Origin: Pedobacter africanus
Lineage (GTDB): Bacteria > Bacteroidota > Bacteroidia > Sphingobacteriales > Sphingobacteriaceae
NCBI RefSeq assembly: GCF_900176535.1
Contig: NZ_FWXT01000001.1
Location: 1,848,565 to 1,880,564, forward strand
Length of the DNA stretch: 32,000 bases
Reading direction: 5' to 3'
Shown: piece by piece, positions 14,539 through 26,127 of the stretch
How positions within the stretch are numbered: the first letter of the stretch is position 1
Layout: every line of letters begins with the position of its first letter
Program-made: the position numbers and the translations under genes
The notes under the pieces: model-generated
The model's input: only the letters and a program-made list of their open reading frames with translations
Database searches by the model: none
What the model was told of the DNA's origin: nothing

Positions 14539-16496
14539 AAAGCCTGTTCTTTTAATAGCATTAATAAATGGGCGGCCGACCAGCTAAAATTCATGGCATT
14601 TAAGCCTTTGCCGCTTAAAGGATGGTAATTTTCGTGGATTGGCCCCTGCAAAGCTAAGCCTTCTGCATGGTTTAAAGTTTGCCGCAGCAATTCAGCAGCC
14701 GCTTTCTGATAGCCGTACCGCTGCAGCCCGTTTAAACCGAAGTAGACCTGGTCCAGCCATACCGGTCCGCGCCAATATCCTTTCATCGGGTCGAAGCGCG
14801 GGTGATCGGCAGTAAGTGTGGGCAGGGGCAGATAGGTATTGAATTTTTCTTTTTTCAGCATGATATCCCTTACTGCTGCAGCCTGCTGCTGATCTGCCAA
14901 TCCGGCCCATAAGGGTATCCATCCTTCCGGCCCTTCTGCAGCTATCCAGCTCTTGTCCATCAGCCTGTCGTAATAAAAGCCTTTTTCTGCATGATAAAAA
15001 AAAGTGTTGATCTGCTTTTTCAATCCACCCTGCTGCGCCCGCCATGCCCTGGCTTCTGCTGCTCTGCCCAGGGCATCTGCAATTTTTGCGAGGTACTCTT
15101 TCTCGGCATACAGGTAAGCATTCAGGTCTACCGATTCCTGGTTGAGCGACCAGGCTTTATCATTGTTCTTCAACAACAGGGCCTGGTCAAAACGTACTGC
15201 ATTGTCCATCCCGCTTTCCCAGGCTGCGGCAATGCGCGTTCCATCTGTAGCACCATATTCGCAAAGCCCATTCTGGTCATGGTCCCTGTTTTTGTACCAC
15301 CACTTATGATAACTGACCAATTTGGGGTAAATGTTTTTAAGGAAATCCGGATCTGCCGCACGTGTATGTACCAGCCACACAGCCCATGCCGCCAGCGGAG
15401 GTTTGGTATCCCGCAAGTTATTTTCTTTTTTATCGGTATACACACAATCGGCCACCATACCGTGCCCATCCTGATAGTCGAACATAGAAAGAATGTTGCT
15501 TATGGCCAGCTCCGGGTTAAAATAACTGATCCCTACTGCCTGTTTCCAGCTGTCCCAGCTCCAGAAACCATAAAAACCCTGGTAGTTCAGCGAGGGGAAT
15601 ACCCCGTCGTGCAGCAGGTCTTTTGCTTTGCTTCTCCAGTTGGTCATTAGCGTAAGAATAGATTTTACGGCAATCCTGCGCTGCACCTCATCTTTGATAT
15701 TTGCGCCTGAGGCATTAAAATAAGCATTCAGGTAGCCGTTCCAGCGTGCCGTGTTTGTTTTTAATTCTGCATCGAACGGGCGTTGTTTTGTTGCTCCGGA
15801 GGCCTGCTGTTCCTCCAGATCGTATCGCTCTATGCGCGAACTGGAATAACTTTTACCTGCCTGCAACAGCAATTTCCCCCGCATAGCGTTATACCTGTTT
15901 TTTTCAAGCCGGAAAAGCAGTGGCTCCTGCTTAGGATAGCGCAGCTGAAAGCGGTGCCCCTTGCCAAGATCAGCGCTCAGTGTATTTCCATCTCTCTGCC
16001 ATGCTACTTCAGCTTTCAGCAAATTGCCCCCCCAGTGGATTTCCAGTTCTTTTTTTGTCCCGGAAAGGTTGGTTATCCTGGTTTCTATCATCGCTTCCCG
16101 GTTGGATATGAACAGCAGTTTCAAACTGATCTGCAAACCGGCAACCTTCAGCTCTTGTTGCAGCAAGCCCGGGTAATAATGGCTGCTGCTTTGCGCCTTT
16201 TCCAGGTCAATCTGTTTTCCATCGGCCTTCACAGCAAGCCGGGCCACACTATTGGCCAGCCAGTACCCCTCCAGGTCCATCACCATAGGCCCAATAAATG
16301 TTCCGTTATCCTGTCTTCCTGCTGGCAAAGTGTAGGCATGCCAGGCCCCCATGTCCGAAAAAACATTGGTTTCTATTTTTTTTGCCTGCTGCACCTGGTA
16401 AGCAAGCTTCAATACATCAGGAAAATCCTGACGTGACACCTGGGCAAAAGTATTACCCAGACTGATGCTGCATATTAAAATTAAAAAGTACCTCAT
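14535..16496 (-). CDS. Secreted (alpha/alpha)6 six-hairpin glycoside hydrolase, GH63/YgjK-like or trehalase-like clan; putative alpha-glucosidase
   Basis: The 653-aa ORF has a signal peptide (MRYFLILICSISLGNTFAQ) and an N-terminal beta-rich region. The catalytic-domain motifs are typical of the GH63/GH37 clan: FYGFWSWDSWKQA, ESGMDNAVRFD, GWIPLW, GYWRGPVWLDQ and ENYHPLSGKGLNAMNFSWSAA. The exact family cannot be settled by eye. Confidence 0.7.
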   Translation of the reverse strand: MRYFLILICSISLGNTFAQVSRQDFPDVLKLAYQVQQAKKIETNVFSDMGAWHAYTLPAGRQDNGTFIGPMVMDLEGYWLANSVARLAVKADGKQIDLEKAQSSSHYYPGLLQQELKVAGLQISLKLLFISNREAMIETRITNLSGTKKELEIHWGGNLLKAEVAWQRDGNTLSADLGKGHRFQLRYPKQEPLLFRLEKNRYNAMRGKLLLQAGKSYSSSRIERYDLEEQQASGATKQRPFDAELKTNTARWNGYLNAYFNASGANIKDEVQRRIAVKSILTLMTNWRSKAKDLLHDGVFPSLNYQGFYGFWSWDSWKQAVGISYFNPELAISNILSMFDYQDGHGMVADCVYTDKKENNLRDTKPPLAAWAVWLVHTRAADPDFLKNIYPKLVSYHKWWYKNRDHDQNGLCEYGATDGTRIAAAWESGMDNAVRFDQALLLKNNDKAWSLNQESVDLNAYLYAEKEYLAKIADALGRAAEARAWRAQQGGLKKQINTFFYHAEKGFYYDRLMDKSWIAAEGPEGWIPLWAGLADQQQAAAVRDIMLKKEKFNTYLPLPTLTADHPRFDPMKGYWRGPVWLDQVYFGLNGLQRYGYQKAAAELLRQTLNHAEGLALQGPIHENYHPLSGKGLNAMNFSWSAAHLLMLLKEQAL

Positions 16497-16497
16497 C

Positions 16498-19605
<3,108 letters not shown>

Positions 19606-19613
19606 CTATGAAA

Positions 19614-19633
19614 AGGGGAGCTTTCGCTCCCCT
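19614..19633 (-). promoter_or_regulatory. Intercistronic stem-loop between the SusD-like and GH2 genes
   Basis: A perfect 8-bp stem pairs AGGGGAGC (19614-19621) with GCTCCCCT (19626-19633). The tetraloop reads GAAA on the minus strand. It is followed on the minus strand only by a short TTT, so it looks like an attenuator or stability element rather than a full terminator. Confidence 0.5.
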
Positions 19634-19647
19634 ATGATTTGATTCTG

Positions 19648-21168
19648 TTATTGGGCCTGCGGGTTGTTGACCACCTCTTTTAAGGGTATAGGGTAGAAGG
19701 CTTTATCGGCCGTAAATTTCCTTCCGGCAGCCTGCATATTCTGGGCAAGTAATCCCCAGCGTCTCAGATCGTAAAAACGACTGCTTTCCAGTGTAAATTC
19801 CATCACCCTTTCGTGCATGATCTGATCAAAAACAACCTGTTTGTTACCAGCTACAGCATCTGGCAGATTGGCTCTTTTGCGCACTTCTGTAATGTATTTC
19901 ACAGCATCACTGCTGCCCTGCTCGTTCAGCACTTCGGCATACATCAGCAATACATCGGCATAACGCATCAGCGGAACGTTGATGGCATTCGACAAGCCAA
20001 TCCGGTCTGGCGTTGCAGGAATCCATTTCCTGAAGGCAATGGTCTGCGCGGTAGCCCCAAAAACCTGGTTATACGTTTTGCCATACACCCGCGGTGTGCC
20101 GGCATCATTGAAATAACTGTCCCTGAAATAAACGGTCTGATAAACGCGGGCATCGTAACCGCCATTTGCAATTTTTCCTTCTTTCAGCATTTCTGTTAGC
20201 AAGCGAGGTGTTCCATAGATCTCTCCGTAACCGTTCAGCTCTGAGGCCGCTACCCAATCGCTCAGGTAAGAGCGGTAGTTGGCACCGCTGGTTGCGTCGG
20301 CTGTTTGCTGCAGCTCAAATATCGACTCCGGACTGTTCCTGGTTACACCGTTGAACATATTGCCAAAATCGGGATCCAATGTATAGGCCTTGGAATCGAT
20401 TACTGCCTGCAGCCATTTTTTTGCTTCGGTATAATAGCCTGTTGCACCGGCTTTGTCATCTCCGGCGCGGTACAGGTATACTTTGCCCAGGTAAGCCTGT
20501 GCAGCGCCTTTGGTGATCCGGCCCTGCTCGGTTGCAGGACGGTCTTTCCGCAATGGAAGATCCGGTTCAGCCTCTTTCAGGTCTTTCAGAATGAACTCAT
20601 ACACTTCCTGTCTGGAGGAGAAACCTTTGGCCAGGTCTGCTTCTGAAGTAGGCACCTTATCCCTGATGATGACCTGGTTAAAATTATTGAGCACTTTAAA
20701 ATGATAGTAAGCCCTCAGGAACTTGGCTTCGGCAATGATCTGCTTTCTGCTGGCATCGTCAATTGCTGTTGCCGGCATTTTCCCTACATTCTCAATGACC
20801 TGGTTGGCAAAATTCATACCCTTGTAATTTTCTCTCCACAGCAGATCTATGGCATAATTACCCGAGGTAAAGTCGAAGTTATAATGCTCTGTCCACCATG
20901 GGTAATTATAGGCATCGGCTCCCGGAACCACGTAATCCTCGCGGTAAAATTCACGTACTGAACGCGCTTCCACATAGTTGTCCCAGCCTACAAAGCCTTC
21001 CAGCTGTGAATAAGCGGCCGATAAACCGGAAAGGGCACGGTCTTTATTGGTCCAGAAATTATCTACGGTCAGCTGGTCAGGAACCTTTTGATCCAGCTCA
21101 CTTTTCTTGCAGCCTGCTGTTACCATTAAGGCCATGCAGAGGCTTATATATAGTTTATTCGCTTTCAT
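19648..21168 (-). CDS. SusD/RagB family nutrient-binding outer-membrane lipoprotein
   Basis: The lipoprotein signal MKANKLYISLCMALMVTAGC (lipobox Cys) appears when the gene starts at the ATG at 21168. The ORF track starts 7 codons earlier, at 21189. SusD-like TPR-type helices are present, along with a conserved C-terminal region (LMRYADVLLMYAEVLNE...ERVMEFTLESSRFYDLRRWG). Confidence 0.9.
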   Translation of the reverse strand: MKANKLYISLCMALMVTAGCKKSELDQKVPDQLTVDNFWTNKDRALSGLSAAYSQLEGFVGWDNYVEARSVREFYREDYVVPGADAYNYPWWTEHYNFDFTSGNYAIDLLWRENYKGMNFANQVIENVGKMPATAIDDASRKQIIAEAKFLRAYYHFKVLNNFNQVIIRDKVPTSEADLAKGFSSRQEVYEFILKDLKEAEPDLPLRKDRPATEQGRITKGAAQAYLGKVYLYRAGDDKAGATGYYTEAKKWLQAVIDSKAYTLDPDFGNMFNGVTRNSPESIFELQQTADATSGANYRSYLSDWVAASELNGYGEIYGTPRLLTEMLKEGKIANGGYDARVYQTVYFRDSYFNDAGTPRVYGKTYNQVFGATAQTIAFRKWIPATPDRIGLSNAINVPLMRYADVLLMYAEVLNEQGSSDAVKYITEVRKRANLPDAVAGNKQVVFDQIMHERVMEFTLESSRFYDLRRWGLLAQNMQAAGRKFTADKAFYPIPLKEVVNNPQAQ

Positions 21169-21188
21169 TTTTAGAGAAATTAAATGCA

Positions 21189-24100
21189 TTAAAAGGTTAA
21201 TTGAACACCAGCCATGATCCTTTTGTTCTGAGGATACAACATGCGGTCTACCCCCGTGTTCAGCGCGCTGAACGTACCCACTTCGGGGTCAAGCCCTGAG
21301 TATTTGGTAAATGTAAGCAGGTTCTGTCCGCTAAGGTAAACCCTTAAACGGGAAACTTTGATGTCTTTAAGCAGGGTTTGCGGGAAGGTGTAGCCCAGCT
21401 GAACCACTTTTAACCTCAGGTAAGAACCGCTTTCCAGGAACCTGGTCGACTCGCGTGCATTTCTGTTCGGATCGCCCAATACGGCCCTTGGCATATCGGT
21501 ATTGGTATGCTGCGGGGTCCAGGCATCCAGGGTAGTGGCCAGGAAATTTCTTCCGGCTTCCATACCCTCCAGCTCAAAGCGGTTCCCGTTATAGATTTTG
21601 TTGCCGCCTACACCCTGCCAGAACAGCGAAAGGTCGAAGTTTTTAAAGTTTGCGGCCAGGTTTAGCCCGTACTCAAATTTGGCAAAGCCTGATCCCTGGT
21701 AGGTCTTGTCTTTTTCATCGATCAGTCCATCGCCATTGGTATCCCTGAAACGGATATCGCCTGCTTTTGCATTGGGTTGAAGGGCATCGCCATCTGCATT
21801 TTTGTAGCCTGCGGCTTCAGCATCCGTCTGAAAGATCCCATCGGCCTCGTAAAGGTAAAATGCACCTATCTCCTTACCTACCATGGTTTGTGTAGGAATA
21901 TGGTCTGTACCAAACCTTAAACCTGTACCATATAAAACCTGATCGGTATTGGCCAGCGACAGCACCTTATTTTTTAGCAGACTGAAAGATCCGCCAAGGT
22001 CAAAATTCCAATCGCCCGCAGCAAGCTTATAACTGGCTTCCAGCTCAGCACCCTTGTTGGATATTTTACCCACATTCAGGATAGGGTCGTTCACCCCGGC
22101 AGAAGGAGGTACCTCTTTTGTGATCAGCAATCCATCAGTAACGTTGTCGTAAAAATTCAGGGAACCGTTCAGCTTGCCAAACAAGCCGAAGTCTAGCCCC
22201 AGGTTTTTGGATTTGATGGTTTCCCAGCGTAAATCCCTGTTCAGCAAAGAATAGCTGGCAGAACCAGGCCATGGTGTGGCTCCAGAGCCTTGCACATAGC
22301 CACCCGACTGGTTGTTTACTGTAGTGATCAGGGCCTGGTGGTCGTAATAGCCCAAAGCACCTTCATTTCCCAGCTCGCCGTAACTGGCCCTTAACTTCAG
22401 ACTGTTTAGCCAGCTTACCTGGCTAAGGAAATTTTCTTTATTGATGTTCCAGCCTAAGGATACCGAAGGGAATACCCCGTACCTCCTGTCTTCGCCAAAC
22501 ACGGACGAACCATCACGGCGTACAGAAACCTGTAACAAATATTTCTCGTCATAAGCATAATTTAAACGGGCAAGGGTCGACAGGCGCACATATTTGTTAT
22601 TGGATCCCGCAGCATTAAATGTTCCACCCAATCCGGCACTGATAGTATTGAAATCTGGGTTATTGAAACCTGCAGGCACCTCTGTTTCTACAATTTTACC
22701 ATTTACAACGGTACGTACAATGGTTTTGCCATCTACTGTCGCACTCAGGAAGCGGTTTGTTTTTTCCTGGGCGGTATAACCCGCCAATAATTTAAAGCTG
22801 TGCTTGTCTATATCCAGTTCGTAATTCAGCAAATGCTCCATCACGCGCTCTTTATAGGTAGAGGCCCGGTTGTATACTCTTGGATAGGAAATTGCCGGGT
22901 CGTTTGCATTTACCCTGTAAGGTGGATTGTGGGAATAATCATCTGTCTGGGCATTGATATAACTCAGGTTAGCGGTATAGCTCAATCCTTTATACAGTTT
23001 AAGATTGATGTTGAGGCTTCCTGCAAGGTATTTGGTCTTGCTGTCTGCATCCAGAAAATGATCTGCGCCTACGGGGTTCTGGAACCTTGGCAGGCCGTCG
23101 GCAGTTAAGGCATAGCCATATGGCTCGTTGCTGTCGAAAACAGGCAGCAGCGGCGACTGAAAGTAGCCGTCTTTTACATTGAACTTTGCGGCTTCAGACT
23201 GGGTTTCCGTATAAACGATATTGCTCCCTACTTTCAGGATGCCTTTGTTAAACTCATTTCTTGACCTAAACGATTTTTTATTGAAATCGGAGCCGATAAA
23301 AGTACCTTTATCGTCGGTAAGATCGCCGGTAAGGGCATAAGTGAGGTAATCGCTGCCACCGCTTAAGCCTACACTGTAATTCTGCGATACCCCTTTGCGG
23401 TTCATCAGGTCCTGCCAGTTGGTATTTACCCCTGTATTTTTAGTGAGGTACGCCGGGAAAGCCGGAGGCTGTACCCCTGCGTTGGTATACATCTGGGTGT
23501 GTACTTTTTTATAGCCTTCTGCATCCAGGAAATCGTATTTTTCTGTAGGGCTAACAGAACTGTAGCTACCTGAAAAATCAATAACTGGAGCGCCTTTTTT
23601 CCCTTTTTTGGTAGTGATGAGGATAACCCCGTTGGCACTGTTGGAACCGTAGATGGAAGCTGCTGCACCATCTTTAAGCACTTCCATAGATGCCACATCG
23701 TTGCTGCTTAAATAGTAAGGATCTCCCGGTACACCATCAATTACGTATAAAGGCTGGTGACTGCCAAAAGTACCTATCCCCCTTAACCGGACATCTGAGG
23801 ATTGCCCCGGGTTACCGCCCGGACTGCTTACAGATAAGCCAGCTACACGGCCTTGCAAAGCATTTACCGGGTTATTAGCGGCCACCTGTGCTAATTTCTC
23901 TCCATTTACCGAGCTTACGGCGCTGGTGAGGTTGCTCTTTTTCTGCGTACCATAACCTACTACCACCACTTCTTCAAGGCCTTGAAGATCCATCAGCATT
24001 TTAACACGCATTTCCTTTCCGGGGCTTGCCGGGAGTTCCTGTGTTTTAAAACCTACTGCAGAGAAAACAAGAATATCCTGTGCTTTGGCCTGAATGGCAA

Positions 24101-24293
24101 AGTTCCCCGAAGCGTCTGATGCTGTTCCGGTGGTACTTCCTTTTATTTTAATACTGATACCTGCCTGAGGCTGGTCAATCTCATTGAACACCTGTCCTTT
24201 AATTAAAATGCTCTGGGCAAAACTGCTGCCTGTACTAAACAACAGGAGCAATCCAAAAAGGAAATGAATTGGCCATCGTAAATTTCTAATCAT
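21189..24293 (-). CDS. SusC/RagA family TonB-linked outer-membrane transporter
   Basis: The 1034-aa ORF has a signal peptide and a CarbopepD_reg-like domain (IKGQVFNE...DASGNFAI). It also has the SusC-specific plug (VVVVGYGTQKKSNLTSAVSSV...LQGRVAGLSV...IRLRGIGTFGS..PLYVIDGVP) and a barrel ending in F. Confidence 0.95.
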   Translation of the reverse strand: MIRNLRWPIHFLFGLLLLFSTGSSFAQSILIKGQVFNEIDQPQAGISIKIKGSTTGTASDASGNFAIQAKAQDILVFSAVGFKTQELPASPGKEMRVKMLMDLQGLEEVVVVGYGTQKKSNLTSAVSSVNGEKLAQVAANNPVNALQGRVAGLSVSSPGGNPGQSSDVRLRGIGTFGSHQPLYVIDGVPGDPYYLSSNDVASMEVLKDGAAASIYGSNSANGVILITTKKGKKGAPVIDFSGSYSSVSPTEKYDFLDAEGYKKVHTQMYTNAGVQPPAFPAYLTKNTGVNTNWQDLMNRKGVSQNYSVGLSGGSDYLTYALTGDLTDDKGTFIGSDFNKKSFRSRNEFNKGILKVGSNIVYTETQSEAAKFNVKDGYFQSPLLPVFDSNEPYGYALTADGLPRFQNPVGADHFLDADSKTKYLAGSLNINLKLYKGLSYTANLSYINAQTDDYSHNPPYRVNANDPAISYPRVYNRASTYKERVMEHLLNYELDIDKHSFKLLAGYTAQEKTNRFLSATVDGKTIVRTVVNGKIVETEVPAGFNNPDFNTISAGLGGTFNAAGSNNKYVRLSTLARLNYAYDEKYLLQVSVRRDGSSVFGEDRRYGVFPSVSLGWNINKENFLSQVSWLNSLKLRASYGELGNEGALGYYDHQALITTVNNQSGGYVQGSGATPWPGSASYSLLNRDLRWETIKSKNLGLDFGLFGKLNGSLNFYDNVTDGLLITKEVPPSAGVNDPILNVGKISNKGAELEASYKLAAGDWNFDLGGSFSLLKNKVLSLANTDQVLYGTGLRFGTDHIPTQTMVGKEIGAFYLYEADGIFQTDAEAAGYKNADGDALQPNAKAGDIRFRDTNGDGLIDEKDKTYQGSGFAKFEYGLNLAANFKNFDLSLFWQGVGGNKIYNGNRFELEGMEAGRNFLATTLDAWTPQHTNTDMPRAVLGDPNRNARESTRFLESGSYLRLKVVQLGYTFPQTLLKDIKVSRLRVYLSGQNLLTFTKYSGLDPEVGTFSALNTGVDRMLYPQNKRIMAGVQLTF

Positions 24294-24348
24294 AATATTT
24301 GGTTTAAGTTGATTAATTCCGGATTGGTTTTCCGGCTGATTACTTACT

Positions 24349-24356
24349 CAAACCTA
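24349..24356 (-). promoter_or_regulatory. Candidate -7 promoter box (TAGGTTTG on the minus strand) for the SusC operon
   Basis: The plus strand reads caaaccta, which is TAnnTTTG on the minus strand. It lies 55 nt upstream of the SusC ATG. No good TTTG -33 element is visible, which would fit an activator-dependent promoter. Confidence 0.35.
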
Positions 24357-24387
24357 AATAATACCACGCTTAAAATGCTATAGAAGG

Positions 24388-24430
24388 CACCCCTACATCG
24401 AACACAAAACACCCCTACAACACCTCTACA
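24388..24430. repeat. Three helically phased 10-bp direct repeats CACC(C/T)CTACA upstream of the SusC promoter; candidate activator-binding sites
   Basis: The copies are at 24388-24397 (CACCCCTACA), 24410-24419 (CACCCCTACA) and 24421-24430 (CACCTCTACA). Start-to-start spacings are 22 and 11 bp. They lie between the stop of the TPR-LuxR regulator (24448) and the candidate -7 box (24349-24356). Confidence 0.5.
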
Positions 24431-24447
24431 AGCATGCTTAAATGGCA

Positions 24448-26055
24448 TTAAAAGGCCTTTAGGAAGTCGTTTAGGTTCTCACTGGTTGGCAGCTCAAAAT
24501 GTTTTCTCAGCCGGTAACGCGCCATTTCTACCGACTTCACCGAGATGTTATTGAGGGACGCGATTTCCTTGATCGACAGATTGAGCCTGATCTGGGCACA
24601 CAATCGGCGCTCGTTTTGGGTCAGGGTCGGAAATTTTTGCTGAAGGTTATAAAAGAAGTCCTGGTATTTGGCTTCAATCTGCAGGTTAAAATCTTCGAGG
24701 TATTTTTCGCTGTTGACCTCATACCGGAATTTATTGACCAGCTTGTGCAGGCGCTGGGGCATATCTTGGCCTCCGCTCTTCTCGAGGGCAACCAGTTCTT
24801 CAATAAAGGTCCCGATCACTTCATTCCTGTGGGTCATATACATGGAATAGTTTTTCAGCTCTGTATTGTTAAATTCCAGCTTATTGCTCAGCAACTGCTG
24901 CTTCATTTCGGCCAGCTCTGCATTTTTCCGCTGCCGGCTTCTCAGTTTATTGTACAATAAAAAACCAATAATCAATAGCAGGAGCACTATAATGGCGAGG
25001 GTATTGCGCTGGTAAGACCGCATGCTTTTTTCCAGGTTTAAGGCTTTGATCTGCCGTTCTTTTTCCTGGGCTTCCCGTTTCATGGTCAGGGTTAAGAGTG
25101 CGTTGATCTTGTTTTTGGAGAGAAATTCCTCGCGTACAGCATTGTACTGCTGGATATTTTCATAGGCATGTTTATAATCACCCGTAAGCTGGTACAACTG
25201 GGAAAGCACCTTATAATAATCGAGCAGGTTTTCTTTTTTGGAGTTGGACGTGGATTGCTGAATATAGGCATGGGCTTTGTCGAGCGATGCCTTTCCTTCC
25301 TGGTAACGCCCAAGTTTAATCAACGAAAAGGCCATCTGGTTATGGATCTCGGCGAGCGACAATACCCTGCCTGTAGCGTGCTGGAGCGAAAGCAGGAAAA
25401 AGCGGATCGCCTCTTCGTAGTTATTCTCATTGTTACTGCTGATGCCCAGATTATTGTAGGCCGCACTGATCATCACCTGGTTGTGCTCTTCTTTTGCCTG
25501 TGCCAGGACACTGTTGAAATATCCTGCAGCTTTTTTGAACTCATTTTTCAGCTGATAAGTAAGTCCTATGCCATTCAAAGAGACGGATGCCTTTCTTTTT
25601 TTGCCTGCCTTTTTGTAAAGGTTATAAGCCATGGTATGGTATTTCAGCGCAAACTCTGCATTTTCTACATCGTAATAAGTCCAGCCCAGTATGGTATATG
25701 TATCGGCTATCTGTTCCTGGCTACCTTTTTCTTTATAAATTTCCAGCGCATTAAAACCGTATTCAAGAGCCAGATCGTAAATGTCATTGTACAGATAGCC
25801 TTCGGCAAGAATTACCAGTGCATCGGCCTCCTCCTGTTTCAGTTTATTCTCATAGGCCAGCAGGTAGGCTTTGTAGGCGTAGGCGATAGCCTGATTGGTC
25901 GCATCCTGGTTTAGCTGCTTGGCCTTCTTGTTTAATGCGGTAATCTTCGCCCTGAGCGAATCCTGAGCAGAAACAGCACCGGCACTTTTAAACGGCCCTG
26001 CACAGCAGGCAGCACACAGCAACAATACAAATACAAAAGATTTTATTCTAAACAT
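24448..26055 (-). CDS. Membrane-spanning one-component regulator: signal peptide, TPR repeats, single TM helix, coiled coil, C-terminal LuxR/GerE-type HTH
   Basis: The 535-aa ORF contains repeated TPR-like A..Y...G.Y..A blocks. The TM segment is TLAIIVLLLLIIGFLLY. The C-terminal segment LTQNERRLCAQIRLNLSIKEIASLNNISVKSVEMARYRLRKHF is a LuxR-type HTH. Confidence 0.8.
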   Translation of the reverse strand: MFRIKSFVFVLLLCAACCAGPFKSAGAVSAQDSLRAKITALNKKAKQLNQDATNQAIAYAYKAYLLAYENKLKQEEADALVILAEGYLYNDIYDLALEYGFNALEIYKEKGSQEQIADTYTILGWTYYDVENAEFALKYHTMAYNLYKKAGKKRKASVSLNGIGLTYQLKNEFKKAAGYFNSVLAQAKEEHNQVMISAAYNNLGISSNNENNYEEAIRFFLLSLQHATGRVLSLAEIHNQMAFSLIKLGRYQEGKASLDKAHAYIQQSTSNSKKENLLDYYKVLSQLYQLTGDYKHAYENIQQYNAVREEFLSKNKINALLTLTMKREAQEKERQIKALNLEKSMRSYQRNTLAIIVLLLLIIGFLLYNKLRSRQRKNAELAEMKQQLLSNKLEFNNTELKNYSMYMTHRNEVIGTFIEELVALEKSGGQDMPQRLHKLVNKFRYEVNSEKYLEDFNLQIEAKYQDFFYNLQQKFPTLTQNERRLCAQIRLNLSIKEIASLNNISVKSVEMARYRLRKHFELPTSENLNDFLKAF

Positions 26056-26127
26056 TACGGCAATTTCCTGCTCCTTAAAAACTAAAATTACAAGAAATTA
26101 ATACACCACAGGTATTCTTTACTGCAA

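Noticed and set aside
14991-16436. Long plus-strand ORFs (14991-15650, 219 aa; 15783-16436, 217 aa), and similar ones at 25168-25914 (248 aa) and 28641-29357 (238 aa)
   Set aside because: All lie antisense to strongly supported minus-strand genes (glycosidase, TPR regulator, FAD oxidoreductase/MFS). Their compositions are skewed (Pro/Cys/Phe/Ile-rich) and they carry no motifs, so they are typical shadow ORFs.
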